Below the pieces are notes generated by a model, which made no database searches, was not told where the DNA came from, and saw only the letters and a program-made list of their open reading frames with translations. Shown here in pieces: positions 20,765 to 33,400 of a stretch of 54,778 nucleotides of DNA. This DNA comes from a virus. Its lineage: Duplodnaviria; Caudoviricetes. Positions within the stretch are counted from its first letter, which is position 1; every line of letters begins with the position of its first letter. The stretch lies in the IMG/VR virus record IMGVR_UViG_3300028400_000008, positions 1 to 54,778 of that record; one strand, written 5' to 3'. Both the position numbers and the translations under genes were made by a program.

Positions 20765-21952
20765 ATGGTAGAGTACAACAATGGTAACACCACTATCGGT
20801 GTTCAAAACCAGACATTCTTCCTGAGAACAGCTCTCAAGGCAGTAGACGAGAATTTCTCTTTTGCAAAGTTTGCAGACAGAAGAGAAATGATGAAGCAAA
20901 AAAGTGGGAATGAGTTTAGAGTCCCTGTGTATTACTATGGTATTACAAGAGATGTAGTCGATAACAACGGAAATTACAATCCTACTGCAAACGGCTATAT
21001 GGCCGAAAGAAATGCAGCCGATGTTCAAGCGCAACTGAACAACCTTTTCCTTACTCAAGAGGGAACCACCACTGGAATTACAGAAATTCCTTCTTTGAGA
21101 AAAGTCACATTTAAAACAACCCTGAAGAAGATTGCTGGTATCAGCTATCTTACAGAAGACGCTGAAACATATATGGAAGACAACATTCGTACTTTGGAAA
21201 TCGAGAACCTATCAGTTGACATGAACCAAAGAAACGATGACCTAATTCAGATGGATTTGCTCTCAAGCACATTCAGAGTGTATGGTGGAGATGCTACGGC
21301 AAGAGGCGAGCTTGGTGGTTCCGATGATGCTCAAGCGACAAAATACAGCCTAAGCAAAAAGCTACTCAGCAAGCTCTATACAGTGCTAATCAAAAACAGA
21401 GCGAAGCCTGTCGCATCGATGATTACTGGAACTACACGAATCGGTACGAAGCCTATTCCTGCTGGATTCTATATCGCAGTAGGCGCAGACCTCGCTGGAG
21501 CACTTAGAGATGATAGCCTCTTCCCTGATTTTGTTCCAGTAGAGCAATATCCAGATCAAAGCAATATCTTCAAGATGGAAGGCGCAGAGGAGATCGGAAC
21601 TCTCGGAAACTTCAGATTCATCTATGTAGAGAAAATGGTAAACTACGGAAATACTGGTGCATTAGTTGGAGGGACTGGGGCTAATCCATCAGAAACTTGT
21701 CAAAGCGGCGATGATGGAAGCGGCAAATATCGATACACAGTATATCCGTTCATCACAATCTCAAGAGATGCCTTCGCAACAGTCGGCCTGATGGGTAAAA
21801 ACAAGTTCAACATCTTCACAAGATGGCCTGATCAAATCGACAGCGGCAACCCAATTGGCGAAAAAGGATATGTGGCATACAAGTTTAGATATGCAAGCGT
21901 AATCACACGACCAGAAACATTGGCTGTAGGCGAAGTAGTCTGCCCAATCTAA
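20765..21952 (+). CDS. Major capsid protein, N4 gp56 family
   Basis: 395 aa. F...AL......F..FAD...M, ITGTTRIGTKPI, FVPVEQY, EIGTLGNFRFI, DAFATVGL, P.GEKGY. Confidence 0.93.
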   Translation: MVEYNNGNTTIGVQNQTFFLRTALKAVDENFSFAKFADRREMMKQKSGNEFRVPVYYYGITRDVVDNNGNYNPTANGYMAERNAADVQAQLNNLFLTQEGTTTGITEIPSLRKVTFKTTLKKIAGISYLTEDAETYMEDNIRTLEIENLSVDMNQRNDDLIQMDLLSSTFRVYGGDATARGELGGSDDAQATKYSLSKKLLSKLYTVLIKNRAKPVASMITGTTRIGTKPIPAGFYIAVGADLAGALRDDSLFPDFVPVEQYPDQSNIFKMEGAEEIGTLGNFRFIYVEKMVNYGNTGALVGGTGANPSETCQSGDDGSGKYRYTVYPFITISRDAFATVGLMGKNKFNIFTRWPDQIDSGNPIGEKGYVAYKFRYASVITRPETLAVGEVVCPI

Positions 21953-21956
21953 CATA

Positions 21957-21977
21957 GAACCACCCTTGTGGTGGTTC
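21957..21977. repeat. Inverted pair GAACCACC-N5-GGTGGTTC after the capsid gene
   Basis: Perfect 8-bp stem in the intergenic space; no U-tract. Confidence 0.85.
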
Positions 21978-21999
21978 AGAATAATCAAAAAGGAGAAAT

Positions 22000-22371
22000 A
22001 TGAATTGGCAAGAAATGAAGAAACTAGCGTCACACTATGGAATCAACGCTCAAGGAATGAAAAAAGAGGAGCTTGAAAAAGCTTTGAAAGAAGCTGGAGC
22101 TTTCGATGAGCCTAAGAAAAAAGGCATGGTGAAAATCAAAGTAATAAACAATGATTCAGAAGACAATAGAGATAGCGCATATGTGGCTGTTGTAAACGAG
22201 CGTATTCAAGTAGCTGCGGTGGTTCCATTTGGTAAAGAAGTGGAAGTACCAGAACCAATCGTGAGAAATCTTGAAGCAACAATGATGCAAAAATTCGTGC
22301 CTCAAAATACTGAGGTTGGCGTAGTGGATAAAGAGGTTAGCGTTCCAAAATACACTGTAGTAAGGATTTGA
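22000..22371 (+). CDS. N4 gp55-like protein
   Basis: N-terminal helical hairpin (MKKLASHYGI...KEELEKAL) and VPFGKEVEVPEPIV..L; follows the capsid gene. Confidence 0.65.
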   Translation: MNWQEMKKLASHYGINAQGMKKEELEKALKEAGAFDEPKKKGMVKIKVINNDSEDNRDSAYVAVVNERIQVAAVVPFGKEVEVPEPIVRNLEATMMQKFVPQNTEVGVVDKEVSVPKYTVVRI

Positions 22372-22372
22372 T

Positions 22373-22843
22373 ATGGCGATGTGGCAAGGGAACGATGTAT
22401 TTGCCAGACAAGATGATGCGACAAAACTGCTTGACAGCATAGGCGGCTTTAACAAAATAGACAACGAAACATTCAGTATAGACAACTTTCAAGATTGGGG
22501 TGCGAAAAATGCATCGCTTCTCAATGTACTGTCTGAAAAAGGTTACAAGCTTGATGTTGATCCGTCTGGAAACAATGCAGTTCTGTTCAGAGAAGGCAAC
22601 TGGTTTCAAAAGAATGCAGGCTGGCTGAAGCCAACTATGGACCTGACCAACTTTGGAGTAGGGCTATTCAATACATGGCAAAATTACCTTAACGCCAAAA
22701 CAGCAAGGTCATATATGAAAGACCAAAAGAAAGCGCTACTTGAACAATTGAGAATGGCAAAAGAAGAGTGGGAGCTTAGAAAGAAAGCTTCTGGATTTAG
22801 CGACAAAGACCTGCAAGACGCAGCAAACAAGGCAAAGGTGTAA
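22373..22843 (+). CDS. Ejection/internal virion protein, N4 gp52-like
   Basis: 156 aa, cysteine-free, amphipathic helix GVGLFNTWQNYLNAK followed by a coiled coil. Confidence 0.6.
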   Translation: MAMWQGNDVFARQDDATKLLDSIGGFNKIDNETFSIDNFQDWGAKNASLLNVLSEKGYKLDVDPSGNNAVLFREGNWFQKNAGWLKPTMDLTNFGVGLFNTWQNYLNAKTARSYMKDQKKALLEQLRMAKEEWELRKKASGFSDKDLQDAANKAKV

Positions 22844-22846
22844 GAT

Positions 22847-24402
22847 ATGGCTAAGATAAATAAAGTGAGAATAGGCAGTCCAGTATCGCTGCCAGATATG
22901 AATTCCGATACTTTGCTGAGGACGGCAAAGGACGCTTTTGCCAAAGACATAGAACCACCGAAAGATGACACAATAGACAATCTCATAAAAGAAAAAAAAA
23001 AGAAGACATACTTAAACTAAATATAGTCATAGACCAGATAGACGACCCCGACAAACTCAAACAACTAAAACCAAAGATAATACAAAAAGCATCCCAAATA
23101 GACCCATCAATAGCGGCTGGAATAGTAAATAATTGGGACGAACTTGAGAAGAAAAAAAAGATAAGCAAGTTCGACAAAGACTTTACGGATTTCGTCCTTC
23201 CTATTGCCTCCACGGTATATAACGAAAATAATCCAGTAAAGCGTGCAAAAGCTATTGACCAGGCAAAACTTACAATAATGAGTAATGATATGTTTTCTCC
23301 AGAAGAAAAAATGTTTCATCTGAAAAAACTAAAAGCTCTTGGTATAGAAAGAGACGCTATTGGCGATATTCAAGAGATGCACTCAAACTATGCATTCAAC
23401 AGGACAGTACAAAATGAAAACGACAAGAAAACTGGAATAAAATTTGCATACGATATTGCTAATTATGTAAAACCAGACAATTATCTTGATGAGATACTAA
23501 AAACAGAAAAACTCACTCCAAAACAAAAATCATACGCACTATCAGAAGCTATGAGATTGTACAACCTGGAGGACAAGATAAGAAGAAACCAACAAGCAAA
23601 AGAGCTACTAAAGCTTCAAAGCGATATAGACGAAGCAACAAATAGCGATGGTGGTTCAATAGTCATAAATGCGACAGAAGACCTAAGAGATAAAACACTG
23701 TACAATATAGGTAAAGCGTATAAAGACGCAATCGATAAAAATGAAACGCAAAGAGCTGAATCGATTAAAAAAAGCCTTCAAGAGAACCAGGAAAATATAC
23801 TAAATCTGCCAGTACTCAAAAAGACATACAAGATAGACGATGAGTATGGGGCTGCATCGGCAATTAGCAAATTGTTCAAAATAAAAGAGGGACTGAAAAA
23901 CAAAAGCCCAGAGGTTGCATTGAGAGTGATGCCGCAGATAGACAAGAAAATAAATCAAGCGTCAAAAATATTTGTTAAGGAACTTATGAACTCAAAAGGG
24001 AACTTGCCGCCATATTCCGTACTTCCAAAGTCAATACAGAAAGTCTTAAAGAAAGATATCTATAGCCAGGTAGTTACTGGTAGGATAACCAAGAAGAATG
24101 AAAGTGGCTTGATCAATCCGTACAAAATAGACAAAGATGAAGCCATAAAAGTATTTTCAAACGCAGTTCAGTCATTCCCAATGGTCATAAATAGAAACAA
24201 AGATGAATTGGGCTATGACGCAAACAAACTACTACACAACATAACGCCAGAAATTGTAACCACGGCAATAAAAGATTTCGCACAAAATAAACTTGGAATT
24301 CCAGTTGGCGAAAAAATAAAATTTGGTCCAAAGACACAAAAGGCGTTCCTTGATTACCTAATCAAGAACTGGAGTAACATAGAAGAACTATCAGGAGAAT
24401 AA
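22847..24402 (+). CDS. Ejection protein, N4 gp51-like, split by a -1 frameshift at an A10 run (about 518 aa if joined)
   Basis: ORF from ATG 22847 stops at 23020. The -1 frame is open from about 23002 (EDILKLNIV...) into the 23278-24402 ORF. Cysteine-free and directly upstream of the vRNAP. Confidence 0.7.
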
Positions 24403-24404
24403 TA

Positions 24405-27400
24405 ATGGATTTGTTTGATATCTACAAAAGAACAAAAAAGCAAAGAAGCGCAATAAGCCAGGATGTAAAGAAATCAATAGACTCAAATAATGACTTGATG
24501 AGCCTATTCGCAACATTTAGTGGAGCGAAAGAAGAAGGTACTTCGGCAAACGACAGCGCATTGTTTGACGATGGAATGATGCTCAGAACCACCGCAGGAG
24601 TTGCACCAGAAATACTTGAAAAAGTAAATGACCGTGAAGAGAGCAGACAGCTTGCAGAGCAAGCGTATCAAGAGCTTGTGGATAAGTATGGTGACAGCAT
24701 AGACGATATACCAGAGCTGAAGATACAGAAAGACGCTCTTGAAACTATCATCAAAAATCCAGATTTAGAACCTAACGAAAACTATGCAAAAGCTCTTGAT
24801 GAGCTTGTGAATATGGCTGTCGGTGGTTCTAGCAAGGAAGAGCTTGCAAGCGAAGGTCTTGTCGTAGGAGATAAAGAGGCCTATCAGGAAGGAAAAGGGT
24901 TCTTCGATTACAGCCTTGGGGAAAGTACTCCTATGACTGAGTTACAAGAAGCACAGGCTGGAATGGACACTGGAAACTTGATAGATGCGCTATGGCAAGG
25001 TACTAATGCGTTGGCCGATACAGTGCTTGCGCCATGGAGAGAGAACGATAAAGAGAGAAAAGAAGAGAGGATAGAGACCTCAAGGATGCATCAAGCGTCA
25101 AGACCTACTCAATTTGTAGAAGAAAAAAGCAAAGAGTATTACGACAAGTATGGTGTAGTAGGCGGCATCAAAGAGATGGCGAAAGACCTGTTTGAGAATT
25201 ACGGAGTAAGCGGAGTCGTACGAATGGTATCTGAGGCTACCGTTGAATCTCTGCCAGCCATGATTGCTGCCGTAGGAGCTTTGGCAGCAACGAAGAACCC
25301 GTCAACTGCGATTTCTTTATTGGGATCCGCTGGGCTTGGCGACTATCTTGCTGGCAAGTCGAGAGAAATCTACGACGAGCAAAAAGAGAAGGACTGGACT
25401 AAGGCTATAACTGGAGGGGTTCTAAGCGGTGCGCTCGATGTAGTAGGAGCGGAGGCTCTTGCTGGTGGAACCATTCTAAGAAGAATACTTGGGAAGAGGG
25501 CTGGTGAAGAAGTAGCCAAAAAACTTGGAGAGAAAGGTGCAGCCGAAACAGCGGCACTGTTCGGTGCTGGAGTCTTAGGTGACGCTGGAATAGAAGTGAC
25601 CACAGAGAACCTTCAAAACTTCCTCGAAGAATATGGCAAGACAGGCAATATAGAAGAGGCGATACAAAAAGCAAAAGAGCAAGCCGTTGGGACTACAATA
25701 GAAACGGCAGGTATGTCAGTTCCACTGGCAGCCATGTCGCCAGAAGGAGCAAGAAAATTCCATAGTGAAAAAATGGATATGATAGGCACGGCTAAGAAAG
25801 AGCAAGAACAAGAAAAAATAAATCAATATAAAAATGCCGTAGAGGGAATAGAACCACCTCAGAGCATAGAAGAGATAAAAATTGCCGAAAGGAAAGTCGC
25901 TCCAACGATTCAATACATTAGAGCGAATCCAGAAGGCAAAGAAGAGGCGATATCTCATCTTGAGAGCCACCTCAAGGAAATCGGGAAAAATGACGATGAA
26001 ATTGAATATACGATAAACAGCGTATTGGATGCAGCTGAAAAGCTGGGACCTATTTACAAAGATGAGAATGGTGGTTCGGTAAACAATATAGAAATGCCAG
26101 AAACTGAAGAGGCCGAAGAAGAAGATGTCGATATAAACGACCTTGAAGCAAGAATAAAGTCTGATACTGGGATTATAGGAACTCACGAGCTTGAGCACGC
26201 TATGAAGCTTGTCGATGAAGGCAAATACACACCCGAGGAGGTGGTTCAGAAAATTGCAAATGAGAATGATAAAGAAGTATTCAAAGAAGTGTATGCAATT
26301 GAACCACCAAAGCAGAGCGGTTCAGTTCCCACTGACGAAGTAGCACAAAACATAAAGAACGATCTACTAAGAAGATGGAATAAATTTAAAACGGCCCAGA
26401 ATGCACAAGACAAAGCAAAAAGATTGTTCGATGTAGCGTTTAGAATGCCTACAATAGCATTCAAAAAAATCGATCCAAAGTTCGTTCCAAGCATAGATAC
26501 AAAACTTGTTAAAAGAATAGTATCTCAAGCAAAAAATACCAATGAAGCAAAAGCGCTTGTAGAAAAACACAATATAAAAAATCCAGTGCTTAGAAACATA
26601 ATAATCGAACTTACAGCTGAAAAAGCCATTAGAGATAGAATGCTGTCCGAGCTTAAGAAAGAAAAAGAGAACGGAACAATTGATATAAGCGATGACGATA
26701 TAGTCAATATCAGAAAAGACTCCAACAAGGTCATCGAGCACATCATAGACAATTTGCACAATCCAATGAAATCTGAACATACAGATTTCGAGAACCACAC
26801 AAGAGAGATACTTGCAAAAATATACAAGCAGAAAAAAGGCGAAATAGGTAGAGGGATAGCGAAAGTATCTGAAATCGCAAAACTGAAGAAGCCGAAACAG
26901 GATATTGATCAGGAAATAGCGGACATAGAGAATGATATAAAAACACTTAAAAAAGTTGGAATGATAGATGAAGCCAAAAAGCTTGAGGTAAAGAAACAGA
27001 GGCTATTGAAAGAAATAGAACAAAAAAACAAAGCTCCAAAGCTGCAACAAGAAATAGGGAAGCTCAAAGAAATAGAAAAAAGTTTAAAACACAAAGAAGC
27101 AAAACAGGAGATACGAAAAAAAATAGAGCAGCTTGAAGCACAATTTAGTGAACCAAAGCAAGCTGCGACAAAAGATGCGACAAAAACTGAGAATAAGAAA
27201 AGAAGATATAGACTTGAGAGCGGCCATATAGTATCTGTAGATGACAGCAAGGTGGTTCTAAATATTGACGGAAAAAACATAAACCTCAACGATGAAAAAG
27301 AGCTTATAGGGAATAAAAAGCACCTGGAGAAAGCTGGATTGGTAAAAAAACTGAACGAAGACGAAGAACATATATATACAATAACTCAATCTGGATTAAT

Positions 27401-30400
27401 GAAAAAAGTATTGACGAGAAAAGGCGAACACTATTCAAGAGCTGGTGAGACTGATGAAAACAAAGCTAAAAAGCAAGAAAAAGCCTTCGTGTCCAGCAAG
27501 ATAAAGAGAATAAACGAAAAAGGTGAAGCCGCAAAAATAGACGATATAGAGGTAACAAATAAAGAGATAAAAAGGATAATGTCTGACTGGGATGTGAGGC
27601 CAACGATAGGAAAAGCAGAAGATAGAATTATTATGAGACTGTCTTCTAAGAATTTGAAAACAAAATATGGAGAAATAAGGATACAAAACCCAATTGCAGA
27701 CCTTTTGTCTATAAAGAACAAAAACGGAGAACCAGCCATAGGCAATCTGGATAAACCACTAAAAGACGCAATGGCTCTTGTCTATAGGAAAATAGCTACA
27801 TTCAACCCAGACTATAAAAGGCTTGTAGATGTTTTTGGAGACGGGGCGAGACCAGTATTCGAAGCCATACTTGAAAATGGAGTACCGCTATTCGCAATAA
27901 AAGAAGAAGCGAAAAATATTGTTGGTAAAGTTAAATTTGAAAATGGATTGAGCCTGTTCGACATATCAAAAAAAGTAGTATCCGATACTGATTACCTTGA
28001 CGACTCTTTTGCCCAGCATCTCACATCGATAGCCGTAAAAGCATTAGTACACAAAGGTTTTGTCAGGGAATCGAAAGTCGAAATAAATGGCAAACAGCAA
28101 GCGTTTTACGAGATAATGGAAAACAGATCAGAGTTATTGGACAGGGCAAACGAGCTATTTGACGAATTGAGGATAGAAAGCGAAATAAGGGAACCTGAAC
28201 CGCCTGGGATGGGCAGAGCTTCAAGCAAAACCGAAATTGGAAAAGTTGAAAAAGGAACTGCGCAAGAAGAGATTTTTACCGCTATCAAAAATATGTCAAG
28301 AGTCAAGTTTAAATTCAACGACGAAATTGGAAGCGAATCAAACAAATACGCAAAGATGTTTTTCGAACATATAAAAGACAAAGATATAGCCGATATGTTC
28401 GTAGACGAAGCACCGACCCTTACTACAAGAGTAAACAAAGAAATTGCAAGAGAAAATATAGAAAGAATGTACAAAAGGATAAAAGAGACATATTCAAAGC
28501 AAAAAGAGATGAGCTTTAGCTGGAAGATATACTCAAACTGGAGAGCTGGAATAACATCGAACACGATAAACTATCAGCTTGAGAAAATTTCAAGAGGATT
28601 GGTAAGTCCAGAAAAATCTATCACATACATCAATGGAACCACCGAACGAGAACTCAAAAAAAATATGGAAAAGTTCCTATTCGACAGAAATGGAAATTTG
28701 AAAGATGTACCACTAAAGGTGCTTGCGTTCAATATGGGTATCAAGATAGATAGGCTGGACAATGATACGATAAGAGAACAATTTTCAAAGATGTTTGAAA
28801 TCACTCCAGATGGGGTGGTTCCAAGAAAAGGCTTCAAGCAAGCATTCAGATTTGCCAAAAATGGACTTGTGCTTGGTATGGATATGTGGAAAAGCAAATC
28901 ATCAGATAAAGCAGCATTGAAGAAGATAGCAAAAGAGCACGAAAAAGTTATGACAATAACTGCGCTGAGAGACATAGCTCTCATGGATGCAGTACTAAGA
29001 GGAGAAATAAAACCATATAAAGTAAAAGGCAATGTGGCTCTATATGCAAAGATGGAAATAGACGCAAGCACATCGGCAAGCATACTGTCAAGACTGCTAA
29101 ACGGAACAACATACGCAAAATCGAAAGATATCATGATGGCTGGAGGCGTGGTTCTTGACATCAAGTCGATACCAGAAGCCTTAAAAGGCTCAGGATTGCT
29201 ATTGAAGGGCACAAAAAAAATAACTGACATTTATATACTTGCCAATGAAAAGCTTGCAAGAATAATAGAGAAAGACAATAGCCTTGCGGCAAGGCTGATA
29301 AGACAATTCAATAGAGACAATATGAAAAAAGCCATTCAGGAGATAGAGTATGGTGCTGGAGAAAAAGAGTTTAAGCATCAACTTGCAAGAGAAGCGTTCA
29401 AGATTTTAGAGAAGTACATAGGAGAGTCGAAAAGCAAAGCATTTGCAACTCTTATGGCGCTGAAGCCATATTTTCCAGACGCAAGAATAGTGTACATAAG
29501 GAATGGAAAAGAGGAGAGCAAAAAATTAAAAGACATCACATCTTTGGATGGAATAGACAATAAAGATATAAGTATAGAGAACTTACATGCTCCGCTACTC
29601 AAACTGTTTGAAAAAACAATCACAAAAAAACAGTTTGAGCAATTCGTAAGAGAGATAATGCCAACAAGATTGGTGCTTCAAGAATTGACGAACATAATAG
29701 GCAAAATAGTTGAAGCTAAAAGAAAGAATGCAAATCCAAAATGGAAAACTATCAAAGACCTGAAAGAATCTGCTAAAAAAGAGATAGGATATATAGGGTT
29801 CTATAATCTTGGAGTGTTTCCATTCAGAATATCTAATGAAGATGCTGCAAAAACATCTTTCGTGCTTCCTGTCGTAGATAAGAGTGAGATAAAATTTGCA
29901 AAAAAAACCGTTCCGTATATTGAAGACAGAGCATCGAAATTACTTGCATCAATGACTCACTCAATAGATTCACTTGTCTTTTTCAGATCGCTAAACAACA
30001 CAAAAGCATACGACAGGCTTCAATACATATATGATGCTGCAATCATAGGATATGACGAGCAGACTCTAAATGATTTCTCAATGGAATACAACAAGAATGT
30101 CATAGAGGAAACGGCTAAAAACTCACATATAGTCGAATTTTCAAAATACATACTTGAAAACTACAACAAGGAGCTTTTGAGCAAAAACGACCTGATGAAA
30201 GTGAAGAAAGCACTATTGTGGTCAAAAAAAGCGAAAACTAAGCTATTTGAGAAAATAGACGCAATGCAGCATTTTGTCTATTCTCCTCTTGGCAAAAACG
30301 ATGAACTGTTCGCATACAAGCCAGATGACAAAAAGAAGTTGATTGAAGATATAGGAAAGTCATATGATCAGGTGTTGAACCACCAGTTGCTCAAAGACAT

Positions 30401-33400
30401 AGATATTGCCGAAAAGAAAAAGAATACAGAAAAAGATGTCAGATCGAAATCTATCGAACTTGGAGAGAGCATAAGAAAGACTCTACTTGGTGAAGAGATT
30501 TTGGATAATGATGGTTTAGCTAAGTATCTAAGACAAATGGTAAGCGAAAAAGATGAATATGCGAACCACCTTATTGACATAGTTGAGACGCTTGAGGACA
30601 ACCTGATAGGAAATGAAGTTATAAAACTTGTAAAGTACAAAGGAGACAAATTTAGCTTAGGCTCAATTCAGAAAGATGGAGACATGTACACTATCGAGGT
30701 GGTTCTATCCGACAAAGACATAGTAACATCGGATATAGAAGTATTCACGCACGAGCTATTGCACATAGTCATAGACAATACGCTCCCCCTCAGTCAAGAG
30801 CACAAACTAAAAATCAAGAAAGCAATAAACACCACAATAAAGGCTCTACAGGAAAAATATGGCAAAGGAAACGAATGGATGGCATTTCTGCCAAAACAAT
30901 ACAACGATGAAGATGTAGAAGTGGCAAAATCCGTTGCAGCTTACGCCTTGTTCGGAGAAGGAACCACCAAGCACGAACACGAATTTTTAATCTATGCTTT
31001 GACAAACAAAAACTTTATAGAGAACATCAAGGATATAGACATAGATTTGAGACTGTTCAAAAAGGATAAATCGTCATCATATCTTGACGATTTGATAAAC
31101 ATCGTAAAAGAACTTCTAAACAAGCTGATAGGGCTTGTAAGAAAAAACAATATGAAGGCAAACGAGTATGCAGTCAAACTATATAACGAACTTGCCGATG
31201 CATATTATAGAATAGGGAATGGAGCGTCTACAAGATATGCGTTTATGCCCAAAGCCGCAAGAATAGTCGCAAAAATAGATTCCATAACATCGCTTATGAG
31301 AAAAGAGAGCGACAAATACGCAAAACCGTTAATGAATCTTGCAACGAAACTTGCAGTAGAGCCAGCCGTTAAAGTCATGGAACAGATATGGAAAGAGACG
31401 GAAATATATCGTGATATGATAGACAACGAGCAATCAAGGGCATTCTTCCAGATATTCAAACTGAATAAAGATGTGATGGAGAAGGATTTCTACAGAATAA
31501 AATCCATAGCGCAGGCAGCAAAGGAATCGGCAAAAGAAAAAGTCGATGCGGTATATGGAACAAGACTGAAAGAACTCCTAAAGAACTTCACGCCAAAAGA
31601 GAGAGAAGCACTCAATATGATAATAGCTTCAAGCGGGTTGTATGGTCTTGATTTAAAAGATAAAGATGAACTTGTCGAGTTGATAAAAAACAGAAAAAGT
31701 GAGATTGAAAAACTTGAGTCGGTTATAAACGACGATGGTGTAAAATCCCAAATAGAAGGTTTGGTGGTTCTAAAGACCGAAGGGAAGGTTGTGAACCACC
31801 GCCAAATGCTGAATGCCTACGCTATTCACAAACAACTGTTCAGGGACAAAACAAAGAGCAAAATTCCAGAAGCGATAATCTACAAGCTCATAACATTAAA
31901 AATCCTTGATAGGATTGACGATATCGAAAGAATAGTCGAAAAGGATGCAGGCGCAATATTCAGGACATACAAGTTCTATAAAAATATGGAAAAAATATTC
32001 AGAAAGAAAAACGAACTTAACCCGCTGCACGAAATACACGGATACATAAAGACAAAACCAAAACCATTCGAAACGGTTGCATGGGTCAAGACAAATGAAA
32101 TACCTAAGGGTGCGACTGTGCTGGGTGGTTCTGTGAGGGTAAAAGGCGAAAACTATGTTAGGGTAAAAATAAAGGACTATACTCAAAGCTATACACAGGG
32201 AGCATTAGGCATAAAAAACCTATCGCATATGGGAACCACCTTCAGTGCAGACGAGATAGTAACGGCAAAAGACCACTATCAGGGCGAAGGCTATGCGCTC
32301 CTCCCAATATTGAGCGACAAAGGAAAGATAATAGGCTGGAGGTTGAACGACATAGGCAGGCCAAAAGGCGACATAACAGAGAATATGGCATACACGATAT
32401 CAGATATGTTCCTAAGAGACAAAACGAGCGAATACAACAAAAAGGTAATCGATCTTCTATTCAGAGACTACTTGATAAATGAAGGGAAAAGGAAATATAT
32501 AGAGATATCACCAGAATCGCATTCTGAGCTTTGGATGATGATACCGAAGCAGACAAGAAACTACCTTGCAAGTAAATATGGAGAAAGAAAGCTGTTCGTA
32601 AGGCCAGAGCTTATGTATGACATATTCGGCTATCAAGACCCATATCTATTCAAGAACCACCGTGCGTTGGCATGGATGCAAAAGATAGTGAAAGATATAG
32701 TAGAAATGGCCAAAATGAAGATGACGGTACTGAATGTTGATACAATTATGTCAAATGCACAATCTAATTACGATACTCTCATCAAGTATGGAATGGATCC
32801 GATAGATGCGGCAAGAAGAATGAAAGAGGCGTGGTTCCTTGCTGACCAATATGAAGAGGATTATCTTGAGAGCTTAAATATGTATTTCGATATGGCATCT
32901 GGAAAGCCTATAAATCTGAAAGAGTATAAGTATAGGCTTAGAAGCAAAGAGGAGAACCCCATATCGATAATATACAAAGAAGGGATGATGACTCCAGTCA
33001 TAGACGATATCAATGTAATAGAAGCCGATAACAAAAACGAGATAAGAAGAATGATAGAGGATAAATTCCTGACTAAGCTAAACGAAAAGATGAGAAAAGC
33101 GGTAAAAAGCGCATATCCAACGGAAGAAACACAAGCTTTCAAAATTGGAATGAAGCTGTTTCAGCGTGGAGATATGGTCGCTAAGTATGCACTATATACT
33201 TGGCTAAGAGAGCAAGGGATTCCATATAGAGAGGCGATAGAGACCGCTGACGAAGCGTTCGTAAACTACTCTATCACTGAACATCCAGTGCTTAAGTATG
33301 CATCTGATGTGGGTGCATTGATTTTCAATAAGTATCTATTCCTTGCCTGGAAAGGTATGGCTAGAATGATGAAGCTTGCTCCTGGAAGATTTATAGGAAC

